Below, in pieces: positions 1-8,732 of a stretch of 64,000 nt of DNA. Made by a program: the position numbers and the translations under genes. How positions within the stretch are numbered: the first letter of the stretch is position 1; the number at the start of each line of letters is the position of its first letter. Source of the DNA: Bacteroidota bacterium (GTDB taxonomy: Bacteria; Bacteroidota; Bacteroidia; Bacteroidales; SKPS01); assembly GCA_022709695.1 (NCBI GenBank), contig JAKLII010000002.1, positions 346,955-410,954 on the forward strand. Reading direction: 5' to 3'. Under the pieces are notes generated by a model, which worked only from the letters and a program-made list of their open reading frames with translations, did not search any database and was not told the origin of the DNA.

Positions 1-842
1 ACAACGGGGATCTCAACACCAGTGCCCCCTTTCTGATGGCACAGCCCGCCGGTGGCGTCGCCTACCGGTATGTGATTAACCCCCGCTGGGCCTTCAAATT
101 CAACGGATATCTGGGCACGGTAGAAGGAAATGATGCTTTCAATCCCGACGCAGGGCTCAGGAGCAGAAACCTCCATTTCAAATCGATGGTGCTTGAATTT
201 GCCGGCAACATGGAGTTCAACTTTATGAAGTTTGTCCCGGGAAGTGACCGTGACAGGTTTACCCCTTTCATCTTCGGCGGGCTTTCGGTGTTCCGCTTTA
301 ATCCAAAATCGCAGTTTCAGGGCGACTGGTACTACCTGCAGCCACTGGGCACCGAGGGCCAGGGGACCACAGCCTACCCCGACCGCAAATCTTACTCCCT
401 GGTGTCGGTGGGCATTCCCTTCGGACTAGGTGTAAAATTCAGCCTGGGGCAATCGATCGTGATGGGTTTCGAATGGGGGATGCGCAAAACTTTTACAGAT
501 TATCTGGATGATGTAAGCAAGACCTATGCTGATCCCACCGTTTTGTGGTCGGAAAATACCCAGGCTGCCATGCTCTTCGGAAACCGTGTCGAGGAAAACA
601 ATGCGTTGCTGATCGGACTGCAGCTTTCGGCCGAAACCGGACAGGGTGTGGCTGAGGACCTAACCACCTACGCCGGCCTGCAGTCGCCGATGACGGGGCA
701 GCAAAGGGGCGACGAATCCAACAAGGACTGGTATTCATTTGTAGGAATTACGTTCACCTTTCAGATCAAAGGGCCACGGGTAAAGAAGTGCGATGCCTAC
801 CGCGATCATTACTATTACAAAGAATACAGGCTGCGGAGATAA
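1..842 (+). CDS. DUF6089-like porin-type outer-membrane beta-barrel protein, 5' end truncated by the window edge
   Basis: The frame stays open from nt 3 to the first ATG at 36. The ATG-36 product has no signal peptide, so the true start is probably outside the window. It has a Gly/aromatic alternating beta-strand pattern (YRYVINPRWAFKFNGYLG; C-terminal WYSFVGITFTFQI). Its position directly upstream of uppS-bamA is typical for this family in Bacteroidota. Confidence 0.55.
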   Translation, partial: NGDLNTSAPFLMAQPAGGVAYRYVINPRWAFKFNGYLGTVEGNDAFNPDAGLRSRNLHFKSMVLEFAGNMEFNFMKFVPGSDRDRFTPFIFGGLSVFRFNPKSQFQGDWYYLQPLGTEGQGTTAYPDRKSYSLVSVGIPFGLGVKFSLGQSIVMGFEWGMRKTFTDYLDDVSKTYADPTVLWSENTQAAMLFGNRVEENNALLIGLQLSAETGQGVAEDLTTYAGLQSPMTGQQRGDESNKDWYSFVGITFTFQIKGPRVKKCDAYRDHYYYKEYRLRR

Positions 843-874
843 AACATCTTCTGCCGTGCTGACCACCCCCTCCG

Positions 875-1636
875 ATGAGTCTGAAAGAGAAACTGGATCC
901 CAACCGTATTCCCCGCCATATTGCCATCATCATGGATGGAAACGGGCGTTGGGCAAAGCAACGGGGTAAACTCAGGGTTTTCGGACATGAGAACGGTGTA
1001 AAAGCCGTTCGGGCAACGATTGAGGCAGCTTCAAAACTGGGGGTACAGTACCTTACCCTGTATGCTTTTTCCACAGAGAACTGGCAACGTCCGAAATATG
1101 AAGTGGATGCACTGATGCATCTGCTGATCCGCAGCCTTCACAGGGAGCTTGCGAACCTGCATGAAAACAACATCCGGCTGCATGCCATCGGCGATCTGGA
1201 TTCCCTTCCGAAAGAAGCCGCCAAAGGGATGCAGGATGCCATCCGTAAAACTGCTCAGAACACAGGTCTGAACCTGGTGCTGGCCCTCTCCTACAGTGCC
1301 CGCTGGGAGTTGGCGCAGGCTATTAAAAACATCGCTGCTGCCATCAGCAAAGGCGAGCTTGAACCCGGTAATATTGATGAACATACCGTTGCTGCACATC
1401 TCACCACCCGTCAGATCCCCGATCCTGATCTGCTGATTCGTACCAGCGGTGAGATGCGGATCAGCAACTTCCTGCTTTGGCAGATTGCCTATACGGAGCT
1501 TTTTTTCACACCTACCCTCTGGCCCGACTTCAATGAGGAAACCCTCTGTGAGGCCATTTATGAGTACCAGCACAGAGAACGGCGGTTTGGAATGACCAGT
1601 GAACAAATCGGATCCGAAAATCACACTGAATTGTAA
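875..1636 (+). CDS. uppS: Undecaprenyl-diphosphate synthase (cis-prenyltransferase)
   Basis: 253 aa with the motifs [25 protein letters not shown] and [24 protein letters not shown]. It sits immediately upstream of bamA. Confidence 0.95.
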   Translation: MSLKEKLDPNRIPRHIAIIMDGNGRWAKQRGKLRVFGHENGVKAVRATIEAASKLGVQYLTLYAFSTENWQRPKYEVDALMHLLIRSLHRELANLHENNIRLHAIGDLDSLPKEAAKGMQDAIRKTAQNTGLNLVLALSYSARWELAQAIKNIAAAISKGELEPGNIDEHTVAAHLTTRQIPDPDLLIRTSGEMRISNFLLWQIAYTELFFTPTLWPDFNEETLCEAIYEYQHRERRFGMTSEQIGSENHTEL

Positions 1637-1689
1637 CAATACGCGTTATCAACCAGTCTTTATCAGAGCAAAATAACATTACAGCCTGT

Positions 1690-4194
1690 ATGACCCTTGC
1701 CCAAAAATACTTACTTCTTCTCCTGATGACCCTCTCATCAACCTCAATGTTCTCACAAACAGTGGTAGGAGATTTACCCGACTGGGACTATACCAATCCC
1801 AAAACCTACGTCATCGGAGGGATCACCGTTACCGGAGCCTCCTATGCCGATCACAGCCTGATCATTATGGTTTCCGGCCTCAGTGTGGGAGATGCTGTTG
1901 AGGTGCCCGGGCTCCAGATCACCACCGCCATCAAAAGGCTGTGGGAACAAGGGATGTTCGAGGAAATCACCATTTCTGCCACACGGGTGCAGGGAGATAT
2001 CATCTTTCTGGATATCAAACTCACGGAGAAGCCAAAGCTTTCGAAGTTCAGCTTTAAAGGGTTGCGGAAAGGCGAGGTGGACAAGCTGCGCGATGAGATG
2101 AAGATCAAAACCGGAGATCCTGTTACTGAGCATTTTATGCTGAGAAACAAGCAGAAAATATCCAAATATTTTATCGAAAAAGGATACCTCCATGTAAAGG
2201 TCGACCATGTAGCGGTTCCCGACACCATGGTGCCCAACAGTGTGATCATTACCTTCAACGTTGACAAGGGCAAAAAGGTTAAGATCGGTTCTATGGTTTT
2301 CGAAGGGAACGAACATCTCTCCCCCCTGAGGATTCATCTGCTGATGAAGGATACACGACCGAAAAGAACGGTAAAGTTCTGGAAGAAAAGCCGGTATATG
2401 GAAGATGAATACCGCACCGACAAGGACCTGATCATCGCCAGGTACAACAAGCTGGGATACCGCGATGCCACTATTGAGCGCGATTCGGTGTATTTACTGC
2501 CCGATGGGAATATGGCCATCAAGATGGTGATCAATGAGGGGCCGCGCTATTACCTGCGCAATATCACCTGGGTTGGCAACACCAAGTATTCCGATAAAGA
2601 CCTTTCAGCCATTCTGGGGGTCCAGAAAGGGGATGTGTATAACCAGGCGCTGCTCGACAAGAAATTGTACATGAATAATGAGGGGCTGGATATCAGTTCC
2701 CTGTACCTTGACGAAGGGTATCTCTTCTTTAACCTGACGCCGGTGGAGCTTCGGATTGAGAACGACTCCATCGATCTACAGATCAGGATTTCCGAGGGAA
2801 AACAGGCTACCATCAGCAAAGTTGGGGTGATTGGCAATACCCGTACCAACGACCACGTGATTCTCAGGGAGGTGCGCACACGCCCCGGACAGCTTTTCAG
2901 CCGCAGTGATATCATCCGTACCCAGCAGGAGCTTGCCCAGTCGAAGTATTTCAACAACGAAAAACTTGGGCTCGATTACGACCCCAACCCGCAGGATGGC
3001 ACGGTAGCCCTTACCTACCAGGTGGAGGAGCAATCGTCTGACCAGATCGAACTTTCCGGAGGCTGGGGTGGTGGTTACATCATCGGAACCCTCGGTGTTT
3101 CATTCAACAACTTCTCTATTTACAACATCTTCAAGAAAGGGGCCTGGAAACCCCTCCCCTCCGGTGACGGGCAGAAGCTTGCCATCAGAGGCTCCTCCTA
3201 CGGCCTTGGATATTATAATCTCAGCCTCTCTTTCACAGAACCATGGCTGGGAGGCAAGAAGCCCAATGCCCTTTCGGTTACCGCTTATCACAGTGCCTTC
3301 AGCAATACCCTGCCCAAGGATGATCCAAAGCGTTATTCTTTCAAAATCAATGGTTTGGCATTGGGATTGGGCAAGCGGCTCGAATGGCCCGACGATTATT
3401 TTACCCTGTACCAAAATATCAGTTTTCAGAATTATACCCTTGAGAACTACACCCTTATCGACGCTTTCAACAACGGTAAAGCCAACAATTTCTCCTACAG
3501 CTTCAACCTCTCAAGGAATTCCACCGACGACTGGATTTATCCTTCCAAAGGATCTGAGTTTGATTTTACCCTTTCGCTCACACCCCCCTACAGCCTGCTC
3601 AACAACAAGGACTACAGTGAGCTTGACCCTGAGGACAAATACAAATGGATCGAGTACCACAAATGGATTTTCAAATCCTCCTACTTCATCAACATCAAAG
3701 GGAACCTGGTACTGCATACCCGCGCCAAGCTCGGCTTTCTGGGAGCCTATAACAACGAGATCGGTATTACCCCGTTCGAGCGTTTTTACCTGGGGGGCGA
3801 CGGCCTTTCCGGGATCAACCAGTTCGATGGCCGTGCCATTGTCGGGATGAGGGGTTACGATGCCAGCCAGCTTAATCCACGCGACAACAGCGGCAATGCC
3901 ATAGGAGGCACCATATACAACAAATACAGCATGGAACTGCGTTACGCCATCACCAAAAATCCCATGTCGACGATCTATGCCATGGGATATTTCGAGGCTG
4001 GCAATGCATGGGCTGATTATAAACAATTTAATCCGGTTGACCTCAGGAGAACTGCAGGGGTAGGTGTGCGTATTTATCTGCCCATGTTTGGAGTTCTTGG
4101 CCTGGATTATGCATGGGGGTTGAACGAAATTCCCGGAGTTCACGAAAAGAACAAAGGGATGTTTCATTTCTCCATCAACAATTCAATTGATTAA
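1690..4194 (+). CDS. bamA: Outer membrane protein assembly factor BamA (Omp85 family)
   Basis: 834 aa with an N-terminal signal peptide, repeated POTRA-like segments, and a C-terminal Omp85 barrel (ERFYLGGDGLSGINQFDGRAIVGMRGY ... GVGVRIYLPMFGVLGLDYAWG). Sits in the uppS-bamA-ompH-ompH synteny. Confidence 0.93.
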   Translation: MTLAQKYLLLLLMTLSSTSMFSQTVVGDLPDWDYTNPKTYVIGGITVTGASYADHSLIIMVSGLSVGDAVEVPGLQITTAIKRLWEQGMFEEITISATRVQGDIIFLDIKLTEKPKLSKFSFKGLRKGEVDKLRDEMKIKTGDPVTEHFMLRNKQKISKYFIEKGYLHVKVDHVAVPDTMVPNSVIITFNVDKGKKVKIGSMVFEGNEHLSPLRIHLLMKDTRPKRTVKFWKKSRYMEDEYRTDKDLIIARYNKLGYRDATIERDSVYLLPDGNMAIKMVINEGPRYYLRNITWVGNTKYSDKDLSAILGVQKGDVYNQALLDKKLYMNNEGLDISSLYLDEGYLFFNLTPVELRIENDSIDLQIRISEGKQATISKVGVIGNTRTNDHVILREVRTRPGQLFSRSDIIRTQQELAQSKYFNNEKLGLDYDPNPQDGTVALTYQVEEQSSDQIELSGGWGGGYIIGTLGVSFNNFSIYNIFKKGAWKPLPSGDGQKLAIRGSSYGLGYYNLSLSFTEPWLGGKKPNALSVTAYHSAFSNTLPKDDPKRYSFKINGLALGLGKRLEWPDDYFTLYQNISFQNYTLENYTLIDAFNNGKANNFSYSFNLSRNSTDDWIYPSKGSEFDFTLSLTPPYSLLNNKDYSELDPEDKYKWIEYHKWIFKSSYFINIKGNLVLHTRAKLGFLGAYNNEIGITPFERFYLGGDGLSGINQFDGRAIVGMRGYDASQLNPRDNSGNAIGGTIYNKYSMELRYAITKNPMSTIYAMGYFEAGNAWADYKQFNPVDLRRTAGVGVRIYLPMFGVLGLDYAWGLNEIPGVHEKNKGMFHFSINNSID

Positions 4195-4206
4195 TCATCA
4201 AAAAAC

Positions 4207-4749
4207 ATGAACGCTATGAAAAAAACACTGGTACTTGCAGTTCTGCTGATGGCAGGCTTTGCAGGTTATTCACAGAAAATCGGGGTGGTAGACACCCAGT
4301 ACATCCTCGACAACATGTCGGAATACAAAATTGCACAGGAGCAGATCGACGAACTTGCGGTTGAGTGGCAGAAAGAGATCGAAAAGAAATTCAAGGAGAT
4401 CGATGAGATGTACAAGAAATTTCAGGCAGAGGCTCCAATTCTTCCCGAAGATGAAAAGAAAAGGCGTGAAGAGGCCATCGTAACCAAGGAAAAGGAGGTA
4501 AAAGAACTTCAAAAGAAACGGTTCGGGAAAGAGGGCGATTTGTTCAAGAAACGTCAGGAACTGATCCAGCCCATACAGGAAAAAGTATACAATGCCATCA
4601 AGGAGATTGCGGATGCAGAAAATTATGCCATCATCCTTGATAAATCTTCCGGTACTGCCGTGGCCTATGTCCGCTCCAAATTCGACATCAGTGATGATGT
4701 GCTGAAAAAACTGGGGTACACTCCTGGTGGAATGGGAACCGGCAATTAA
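4207..4749 (+). CDS. OmpH/Skp-family periplasmic chaperone
   Basis: 180 aa with a signal peptide (MKKTLVLAVLLMAGFAGYSQ) and a Lys/Glu-rich coiled-coil core (EWQKEIEKKFKEIDEMYKKFQ). Lies directly downstream of bamA. Confidence 0.85.
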   Translation: MNAMKKTLVLAVLLMAGFAGYSQKIGVVDTQYILDNMSEYKIAQEQIDELAVEWQKEIEKKFKEIDEMYKKFQAEAPILPEDEKKRREEAIVTKEKEVKELQKKRFGKEGDLFKKRQELIQPIQEKVYNAIKEIADAENYAIILDKSSGTAVAYVRSKFDISDDVLKKLGYTPGGMGTGN

Positions 4750-4793
4750 TCGGCTAATTATTACTACTTTTGCACCCACTAAAATAATTTTAC

Positions 4794-5405
4794 ATGAGGA
4801 AATCAATTATTGTGATCGCCGTTTTGCTGATGGGCACCGTTCTTCAGGCAAGCGGACAGAAAGGGCTGAAGATCGGGCATGTGAATATGGATTCGATTGC
4901 AACGCTGATGCCGGAAGTGGACTCGATGAAGGCAGCCATAGATGCCAGGAGACTGATCCATCAGAAGACCCTGAGGATTGAAGAAGAGAGCTTTAACAAT
5001 CTATACCTTACATTCAGCGAAAACATGGAAGGTATGCCGACAACATGGGTGGAAGCCAAACAGGAAGAGCTTGTAAGAAAACAACAGGCTATTGAAAACC
5101 TGAAAAAGGTTGACTTCCCGAATGAGCTTCAGGAGATCCAGGAGCAATACCTACAGATCATGTACGACAAGATTATGGAAGCGGTGAAGGCGCTTGCCGT
5201 GGAGCTTGGATACACCTATGTATTCAATTCGGGTGAGGGTTTGAGCGGGGTATTGTATGCTTCCCCGTCGGAGGATATCACCGGACTGGTGATCAAGAAG
5301 CTCAATCTTACTCCCAAACCGGGAAAACCTGCCAGCAAACCAACAGGCAGTGAAATACCGGCTCCGACACCGGCTCCCGCACCAAAAACCGGCACCGGCA
5401 AATAG
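4794..5405 (+). CDS. OmpH/Skp-family periplasmic chaperone, second copy, with a Pro-rich C-terminal tail
   Basis: 203 aa with a signal peptide and a coiled-coil core. The tail reads PKPGKPASKPTGSEIPAPTPAPAPKTGTGK. A tandem OmpH pair after bamA is typical of Bacteroidota. Confidence 0.8.
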   Translation: MRKSIIVIAVLLMGTVLQASGQKGLKIGHVNMDSIATLMPEVDSMKAAIDARRLIHQKTLRIEEESFNNLYLTFSENMEGMPTTWVEAKQEELVRKQQAIENLKKVDFPNELQEIQEQYLQIMYDKIMEAVKALAVELGYTYVFNSGEGLSGVLYASPSEDITGLVIKKLNLTPKPGKPASKPTGSEIPAPTPAPAPKTGTGK

Positions 5406-5428
5406 GCCTGGATACCATCACTGAATTG

Positions 5429-5460
5429 ACCGGGGAAACGTACTTTTCCCGGTTTTTTTA
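5429..5460 (+). terminator. Intrinsic terminator after the uppS-bamA-ompH-ompH array
   Basis: The stem is ACCGGGGAAA (5429-5438) paired with TTTTCCCGGT (5444-5453), with one G-U pair. The loop is CGTAC and the stem is followed by a T-run to 5459. It overlaps the stop codon of the convergent minus-strand gene. Confidence 0.75.
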
Positions 5461-5970
5461 TTGGTACCAGGAGGCATACCTCCTGTAGCTTTCGGCGATA
5501 CGGTGCACCTCCCCCTCGAGGAGTTGCCTGTCGATGGTTTTTAGCAATTTTGCCGGATTACCGGCAAAAACGGAGCCTGACGGTACAACGGTTCCTTTGG
5601 TAACCACGGCGCCTGCAGCAATTATGCAGTCGGATTCCACAACGGCATCATCCATGATGATCGCTCCCATCCCAATCAACACCCTGTCGTGGATCGTACA
5701 CCCATGGATTATAGCGGAGTGGGCAATGGAAACCTGGTTGCCGATATGGGTGGGTGACTTCTGATAGGTTGCATGGATTACTGCGTTATCCTGGATGTTC
5801 ACCAGGTTACCGATGCGGACATGATGGACATCACCCCGGATCACTGCGCCGTACCACACGCTGCAATGGTTGCCCATGATCACATCGCCTATGATGACTG
5901 CCGTTTCTGCCAGAAAACAGTTGTCGCCGAAAGTGGGGGTTATGCCTTGTAAGGGTTTGATAAGTGCCAT
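5458..5970 (-). CDS. Gamma-carbonic-anhydrase-like / hexapeptide-repeat (LbH) family protein
   Basis: 170 aa with left-handed beta-helix hexapeptide repeats (VIIGDVIMGNHCSVWYGAVIRGDVHHVRIGNLVNIQDNAVIH) and a YrdA/PaaY-like C-terminal helix. Confidence 0.85.
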   Translation of the reverse strand: MALIKPLQGITPTFGDNCFLAETAVIIGDVIMGNHCSVWYGAVIRGDVHHVRIGNLVNIQDNAVIHATYQKSPTHIGNQVSIAHSAIIHGCTIHDRVLIGMGAIIMDDAVVESDCIIAAGAVVTKGTVVPSGSVFAGNPAKLLKTIDRQLLEGEVHRIAESYRRYASWYQ

Positions 5971-5974
5971 GGAG

Positions 5975-6045
5975 AGTTATGTTCAAGGTTTAAGGTTCAA
6001 GGTGGTTTACAAGGAGTTATGAGTTATAAGTTATAAGGTATGAGT
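5975..6045. repeat. Short stutter repeats in the tilS / gamma-CA spacer
   Basis: The plus strand reads GTTCAAGGTTTAAGGTTCAAGGTGGTTTACAAGG followed by AGTTATGAGTTATAAGTTATAAGGTATGAG, which are degenerate 7-9-mers in tandem. The plus strand is very C-poor (about 4 C), so the minus-strand leader of the gamma-CA-like gene is G-poor. Confidence 0.7.
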
Positions 6046-6049
6046 GCAT

Positions 6050-7408
6050 TTATTCTGATTTCAGGATGAAGATTTTTTTCGTTTTCGGGGTGATGCGGTA
6101 GCGTTGATCGATCCGGTGGCCGACGATCCAGACGATCTCGCTGCCAGAGAGAATTACCCGCACATTTTCCTTTTCGGGGATTGAGAACTTGTTGTCGGTA
6201 AAGAAATCGCTGAGCTTTTTGGAATTTCGCATGCCGAAGGGGATGAAGACATCACCCGGATGCCAGCGGCGGAGGGTAAGGGGAAATGTAAGTTTGTGGA
6301 AATCCAGAGAAGCCACATGAGGGTCATGGGGTATGGTATAACCGGCTGCATCTGCAACTGCGCAGCTGATATGGACCGGATCCGTGATGGCGGTATCATC
6401 AGCATCTATAAAATACTCCCAGTCATCATCCCTGTCGTTAAGTACTTTTCTGGTGATAATAAGATCGTTCCGGTCTTTGACCAGCCGATGGGTTGCAGAG
6501 TAAAACTGCTTGCCGGAGTGGCCTCTCAGAGCCAATCCGATATCTTCGATGGTAGAGCGGTTGAACCCGTAATCCGATAGCAATTCAAACAGGTACATCG
6601 ACAATGGTTCCAGCTTCAGCAGTCCGGCAATGGAAATCCGCTCAGCTCCGGATTCCTTGCGGATCAAAGTGGCAAGATCCTCTCTTACTTTTTCATGGTA
6701 GAACCTCTCAGTTACCTGAAGATCTACCATTGACCGCAAGATGGTATTTCTGAAACCGGGGTTAATGGATTCGAACAGCGGGATGATTTCATGCCGGATA
6801 AGATTTCTCCTGATATCCAGTGAACTGTTGGTACTGTCCTCGACCCAGGCAATGCCCTTCTGCTGCGCATAGGCTTCAATCTCCTCCCTGAAAAAAGGGA
6901 GCAGGGGCCTGATCACCTTTCCGGATTTGGGCAACATGCCCCGCAATCCGCTGATTCCGGTTCCGCGTGCAAGATTCAGGAACAGCGTTTCGATCTGATC
7001 ATCTGCATGGTGGCCTGTAGCCACCCACCGATAATCCTGATCTGCCAGCAGCTCACTGAACCAGGCATATCGCAGTTCCCTTGCAGCCATTTCGGTGGAG
7101 ACTCCTTCGCGGAAAGCATATTCATATGTGTTCAGGAGTTTCACAAATACCGGTATTCCGAGTTTTGCCGCCAGCTCACGTGTAAAGGCCTCATCACGGT
7201 CAGATTCCTCTCCCCGCAATTGGAAATTACAATGGGCAATGGCACATTCGATGCCGGTTTCCAGCATTAAATGGGCGAGCACTGCAGAATCGACACCACC
7301 GCTCACTGCAAGCAGCACCCTGTCGCCGGGTTCCCACAACGGATTATTTTTCAACGCTTCGTGAAATCTGACAGCTAATTCTGTATCCTTCGTAGATGCG
7401 GTTTCCAT
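6050..7408 (-). CDS. tilS: tRNA(Ile)-lysidine synthetase
   Basis: 452 aa with the N-type ATP-pyrophosphatase PP-loop LLAVSGGVDSAVL, then HCNFQLRGEESDRD and GHHADDQIETLFLNLARGTG. Confidence 0.92.
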   Translation of the reverse strand: METASTKDTELAVRFHEALKNNPLWEPGDRVLLAVSGGVDSAVLAHLMLETGIECAIAHCNFQLRGEESDRDEAFTRELAAKLGIPVFVKLLNTYEYAFREGVSTEMAARELRYAWFSELLADQDYRWVATGHHADDQIETLFLNLARGTGISGLRGMLPKSGKVIRPLLPFFREEIEAYAQQKGIAWVEDSTNSSLDIRRNLIRHEIIPLFESINPGFRNTILRSMVDLQVTERFYHEKVREDLATLIRKESGAERISIAGLLKLEPLSMYLFELLSDYGFNRSTIEDIGLALRGHSGKQFYSATHRLVKDRNDLIITRKVLNDRDDDWEYFIDADDTAITDPVHISCAVADAAGYTIPHDPHVASLDFHKLTFPLTLRRWHPGDVFIPFGMRNSKKLSDFFTDNKFSIPEKENVRVILSGSEIVWIVGHRIDQRYRITPKTKKIFILKSE

Positions 7409-7412
7409 ATGA

Positions 7413-8732
7413 TCAGGGGTTTTTATGTCCGGGGTTCAGCAGGTGAATAATTGCGGATGCCTTGAGCATGCTTTCCCTGTATTCCTCCTCCGGTACCGAA
7501 TCGGAAGTAATGGCACCTCCGGTCTGGAAGGAGAGAATCTTTCTCTGATTACATCCTATCACACTTCTTATTATCACATTCATATCCAGATCACCTTCGG
7601 GGGATAAATACCCTGTGGCCCCGGAAAAAAGCCCCCTCCTGGAGGATTCCAGTTCATCGATCAGCTGCATGGCTCTGATCTTCGGGGCGCCGGTCATGGA
7701 TCCCATCGGGAAGGTAGCGCTAAGCAGGTCTGTGAAATCGGCTTCGGGCCTTACCCGGCATGAAACGGTGCTGATCATCTGGTGTACCTGCGGAAAGGTA
7801 TACACGCCAAAGAGTTCATCAACGCTTACGGTTCCAGGTTCAGACACTCTGGAAAGGTCATTCCGGACCAGATCGGTAATCATCACATTCTCTGACCGCT
7901 CTTTTTCGCTCGCGAGGAGGCGTTGCCGCATAAGGAGATCCTCCTTTTTACCTTTTCCCCTGCCGATGGTACCTTTCATGGGCTGGCTGATCAGCCGGTT
8001 GCAATCCTTCTGGAGAAACCGCTCCGGGCTTGCAGATGCCAGATAGTGGCTGTGCCACCGGCAGAATACCGAAAAAGGGGCCGGGGAGGCTTCTGTCAGC
8101 GATTGCCAGAATTGCTCCGGAGAAAAATCTTCCGGGGTTTCGGCAAAAAATTCCTGGCAGAAGTTCATCTCGTAAATATCACCCTGCTGGATGTATGCTT
8201 TGGCTTTCCCAACGGCTTCCAGGTACCGGGCTTCGGTAATGGCATTATGCACCTGTACCGGCAGATTTTCAGAATTCTCATGGTGTTGCTGCACAGCCTG
8301 CATAAAGGCAGACAGCACTCCGTTGTCGCCACTGGTGAAAAAGGTTCCCATCCTTTGTCCTACCACCGCTGCCGGCCTGAAGAACACCAGATCGGGAAAG
8401 CCGATGCGGTCGGGGTTTTTGGAGCTCAGTTTCTCCATCCCGTTTTTCACATCATACCCAATGCAACAGAATACCCATCCGGGGGGGCCTCCCAGAAATT
8501 TCCGCAGTTTCTTCAGATGGCCTGCCTGAAACGCACCTGCCGGCACTACGAAGGAATCGACACTTCCCAAACCGGCAAGCACTTCGAACCTGCTGTAGGG
8601 GTCGTTTTCATATCCGCAGGAAAACAGAACCATACCCTGTTTCAGCTGCCCGATCACGGATGCTGCTGCCAGGGCGATCCTGCGTGGAGTAAACTCAGGG
8701 GTTGTTTTCCCTGAATTTTTTGAATCCTTCAT
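7413..8732 (-). CDS. pabB: Aminodeoxychorismate / anthranilate synthase component I family protein (PabB-like)
   Basis: Chorismate-binding domain motifs are present: IQQGDIYEMNFCQEF, SPERFL, ISQPMKGT, SEKERSENVMITDLVRNDL, TFPMGSMTGAPK and RGLFSGATGY. The start is ambiguous. The longest ORF reaches 8801, ATG 8732 overlaps the upstream dsbD-like gene by 38 nt, and ATG 8633 gives no overlap. Confidence 0.85.
   Translation of the reverse strand: MKDSKNSGKTTPEFTPRRIALAAASVIGQLKQGMVLFSCGYENDPYSRFEVLAGLGSVDSFVVPAGAFQAGHLKKLRKFLGGPPGWVFCCIGYDVKNGMEKLSSKNPDRIGFPDLVFFRPAAVVGQRMGTFFTSGDNGVLSAFMQAVQQHHENSENLPVQVHNAITEARYLEAVGKAKAYIQQGDIYEMNFCQEFFAETPEDFSPEQFWQSLTEASPAPFSVFCRWHSHYLASASPERFLQKDCNRLISQPMKGTIGRGKGKKEDLLMRQRLLASEKERSENVMITDLVRNDLSRVSEPGTVSVDELFGVYTFPQVHQMISTVSCRVRPEADFTDLLSATFPMGSMTGAPKIRAMQLIDELESSRRGLFSGATGYLSPEGDLDMNVIIRSVIGCNQRKILSFQTGGAITSDSVPEEEYRESMLKASAIIHLLNPGHKNP

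Noticed and set aside
3068-3850. A 260-aa alternative-frame plus-strand ORF inside bamA, together with many 60-200-aa ORFs inside other large genes.
   Set aside because: They are alternative-frame or antisense ORFs within genes that have strong family evidence. Their translations are Ser/Pro/Thr- or Arg-rich, typical of off-frame reading.
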